Source: Phycisphaeraceae bacterium
Lineage (GTDB): Bacteria; Planctomycetota; Phycisphaerae; Phycisphaerales; Phycisphaeraceae
Length of the DNA: 64,000 nt
NCBI GenBank assembly: GCA_963674705.1
Contig: OY771506.1
Coordinates: 2,560,001 to 2,624,000, forward strand
Reading direction: 5' to 3'
The notes beneath the pieces are model-generated. The model was given only the letters and a program-made list of their open reading frames with translations. It did not search any database and was not told the origin of the DNA. Positions 61,392-64,000 of the stretch are shown here, piece by piece (positions within the stretch are counted from its first letter, which is position 1; each line of letters begins with the position of its first letter). The position numbers and the translations under genes were made by a program.

Positions 61392-61865
61392 TTATGCCGA
61401 ATGTGTGGCGCTACGTTTGCGACGGATCGACTTGTTTAACTTGCTTGATCGTAGCAACGATCGGCCCATGATCCGTCTTGGGTGTTGGTGCTTATCTATC
61501 GATCTATCATGAAGCAGTGTCAATCGTGGCACATGCGGTGCATACGGATCGGCAGGGCAGTTGCTGGCAAGATGTGCCAGCAGCCAGGTGGTATGCCGCG
61601 ATTGTGATGGCTCCAGCCGGCATAGACCATCCACAATTTGCTCACTGAGTAAATCGGCCCCGACAACGGTCCCGCCCGCCAGCCTCTCAATCGATTCGCG
61701 GATCAGATGCTGAATCCGATCAAGACCACCCTCTGACCCCAGCACCAATGTGACTCGACGCTGCGGCCCGTCCGGCACTCCATCTGATCGTCCCGCGCGT
61801 ACGCTGTCTCTTTGAAAAGGTCGACACAACAGGACAAGTTGAATGGTCCGAGTCAGTGACTTCAT
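61392..61865 (-). CDS. Possible hypothetical protein
   Basis: Only long ORF in the gap; no SD or recognisable motif. Confidence 0.35.
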   Translation of the reverse strand: MKSLTRTIQLVLLCRPFQRDSVRAGRSDGVPDGPQRRVTLVLGSEGGLDRIQHLIRESIERLAGGTVVGADLLSEQIVDGLCRLEPSQSRHTTWLLAHLASNCPADPYAPHVPRLTLLHDRSIDKHQHPRRIMGRSLLRSSKLNKSIRRKRSATHSA

Positions 61866-62121
61866 AGTTTAAATAAGAGGACACCGGCCCGGCCCTGATC
61901 GAGTGCGGCCAAACGCCCGTGTCCATAGGGATAAGAATAAGGGTCCGATATTAACAGGATTCAAACAAAATCCAAGGGTTAAAATGGGCAAAATGGAAAA
62001 AAGAATAAAATTCTTATGACTTCTGGCAGGTTCGGGCCTGCGCGGGTGGGGCGGTGATTTCATACCCACGACAAATCGTTTACCCTCTTGGGATTAACAA
62101 TCACTTTGAGGGTGACACATC

Positions 62122-63663
62122 ATGTTCAAGCCTGCCTGCTTCGGCCTTCTGATCGCTTCTGCCTTGTCGATATTCGCAATGCCCGCTCAATCGCAGCCGG
62201 TCCAACGCCAGCAGCCGAACATCCTCTTCATCTTTACCGACGACCACGCCAACGCCGCGATCAGCGCCTATGGCTCAGCCGTCAACAAGACCCCCAACAT
62301 CGACCGCATCGCCAACGAAGGCGTACGCTTCGACAACTGCCTGGTCACAAACTCGATCTGCGGCCCGAGCAGGGCGGTTATCCTCACCGGCAAGTACAGC
62401 CACATCAACGGATTCTGCACCAACAGCGACACCTTCGACGGCAGCCAGCCCACCTTCATCAAGATGCTCCACGACGCCGGTTACTCCACCGCCATCGTTG
62501 GCAAGTGGCACCTCGTGTCCGAACCCACCGGCTTCGACTACTGGAACGTCCTGGTCGGCCAAGGCACCTACTACAACCCCCGTTTGATCGACAACGGAAA
62601 GGATGTCCAACTCACCGGCTACACCACCGACCTGCTTACCGACATCTCCATCGACTGGCTCGAACACAAACGCGATAAATCAAAGCCCTTCGTCCTGATG
62701 TATCAGCACAAAGCCCCGCACCGTGCATGGGAACCCGCCCCGAAGTACCTGCATATGTATGACGACGTCACGATCCCCGAACCTGCTACGCTCTTCGACG
62801 ATTATGAAGGCCGTGGCACACCCGCTCGCACGCAGGAAATGACCATCGCCCACCACATGAATTCCAACGACCTGAAACTCACCGACAGCCGAGCAGGCCT
62901 CAACGAAGATCAACTCGCCACTTGGAAAGCCGCGTACGATCCGAAAAACGAAGCCTTCCGCAACGCCAACCTGCAAGGCGAAGACCTGGTCCACTGGAAG
63001 TATCAACGCTACATGAAGGATTATCTCCGCTGCGTAGCTTCAGTGGATGAGAACATCGGCCGTATGCTCGATTACCTTGATGAAGCGGGCCTCGCTGACA
63101 ACACCATCGTCGTCTACTCCTCCGATCAGGGCTGGTATCTGGGCGAGCACGGCTGGTTCGATAAACGCTGGATGTACGAGCAATCCCTCAAGACCCCGTT
63201 CCTCGTCCGCTGGCCCGGCGTCACCAAGCCCGGCACGATCAACAAGGATATTGTCTCCAACCTCGACTTCGCCGAGACATTCCTCGACGCCGCCGGCGTT
63301 CCGATCCCCGATGACATGCAGGGCCGAAGCCTCGTCCCCGTCCTCGAAGGCAACACCCCCGACGACTGGCGCGACAGCTTCTACTACCACTACTACGAAT
63401 ACCCCGGCTGGCACATGGTCCAACGGCACTACGGCGTCCGCACCGAACGCTACAAGCTGATCCACTTCTACCAGATCGACGAATGGGAAATGTACGATCT
63501 GCAAAAAGACCCCGACGAGATGCACAGCGTCTACGACGACCCCGCTTATGCAGACGTTCAGGCCAAACTCAAGAAGGAACTCAAACGCCTGCGCAAACAA
63601 TACAAGGTGACCGAAGACACCATCGAACTCAAAGATAGAGATGTCTACCACCAGCACCAGTAA
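62122..63663 (+). CDS. Type I (formylglycine-dependent) sulfatase, exported
   Basis: Signal peptide; [15 protein letters not shown] (CxPxR), GKWHL, HKAPH, SDQG and DKRWMYE motifs. Confidence 0.95.
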   Translation: MFKPACFGLLIASALSIFAMPAQSQPVQRQQPNILFIFTDDHANAAISAYGSAVNKTPNIDRIANEGVRFDNCLVTNSICGPSRAVILTGKYSHINGFCTNSDTFDGSQPTFIKMLHDAGYSTAIVGKWHLVSEPTGFDYWNVLVGQGTYYNPRLIDNGKDVQLTGYTTDLLTDISIDWLEHKRDKSKPFVLMYQHKAPHRAWEPAPKYLHMYDDVTIPEPATLFDDYEGRGTPARTQEMTIAHHMNSNDLKLTDSRAGLNEDQLATWKAAYDPKNEAFRNANLQGEDLVHWKYQRYMKDYLRCVASVDENIGRMLDYLDEAGLADNTIVVYSSDQGWYLGEHGWFDKRWMYEQSLKTPFLVRWPGVTKPGTINKDIVSNLDFAETFLDAAGVPIPDDMQGRSLVPVLEGNTPDDWRDSFYYHYYEYPGWHMVQRHYGVRTERYKLIHFYQIDEWEMYDLQKDPDEMHSVYDDPAYADVQAKLKKELKRLRKQYKVTEDTIELKDRDVYHQHQ

Positions 63664-64000
63664 ATTCTCGGACTGACGCAAATTCAGCAGGTGATCTGAT
63701 ACACAAATATCCCGTCATATCCTGCGCTATCCGTGTGTACTGTTCGTGAATACCGATCAAACCAATCGTTACGGCTGTAACGATTCTCCGATCCCCTCCC
63801 ACCCCAATTCGCGGCGAACCTATCCCCCGGATTGGCCCCAACCCCTGTTGTGTTGTTTGTTTAGGCAGGCCCACGAACGGGCCACCTTGATAACCAGACT
63901 CCACGCTAGGCGGGCACGGATCGGTCGGGACGGTCTCGATCCTTCACGTTGTCAGCCAACCTTTTTCCCCTCCTAGTCGGCGTTCCTCCAATCGCCGCCG

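Noticed and set aside
61270..61400. tmRNA- or riboswitch-like segment (AAACTATGTAGA on the minus strand, small hairpins)
   Set aside because: No T-arm/CCA end and no recognisable aptamer core; it needs an Rfam scan
61377..61403. CIRCE element (TTAGCACTC)
   Set aside because: Only the left half-site is present; there is no GAGTGCTAA at 9-bp spacing

Overview
GC-rich bacterial chromosome segment, most likely Planctomycetota (Phycisphaerae-like). This is inferred from the dockerin-like/PEP-CTERM proteins, the CxxCGYDxRG zinc ribbon and the planctomycete-style RAYT. Contents in order: (1) a group 3b-type [NiFe] hydrogenase operon (hypF'-hypC-hypD-hypE, four structural subunits, protease, hypA, hypB) running directly into pyruvate:ferredoxin oxidoreductase and a DHOD-like flavoprotein; (2) two PEP-CTERM surface proteins flanking a radical SAM gene; (3) an ABC-exported (Wzm/Wzt) glycan locus with a sulfotransferase, a radical SAM-pyruvyltransferase fusion, FkbM and six GTs. 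Three near-identical sigma28-like promoters serve this locus, and nine of its proteins end in Ala-Ala; (4) a nine-gene minus-strand operon combining a PspA/ESCRT-III-like protein, a classic-clade AAA ATPase, a NitT/TauT ABC importer, two SBP-OmpA fusions and a membrane-anchored vWA protein, next to tRNA-Gly(CCC); (5) a RAYT flanked by REPIN-like repeats, trkA-trkH-trkH (one TrkH with an atypical filter), two YbjQ genes, PrsW, an orphan nuoI, AMP nucleosidase, a heptamer-repeat mosaic, FIST, HPF and a sulfatase. No CRISPR array, rRNA or integrase was seen. All calls come from reading motifs by eye; no database searches were run.
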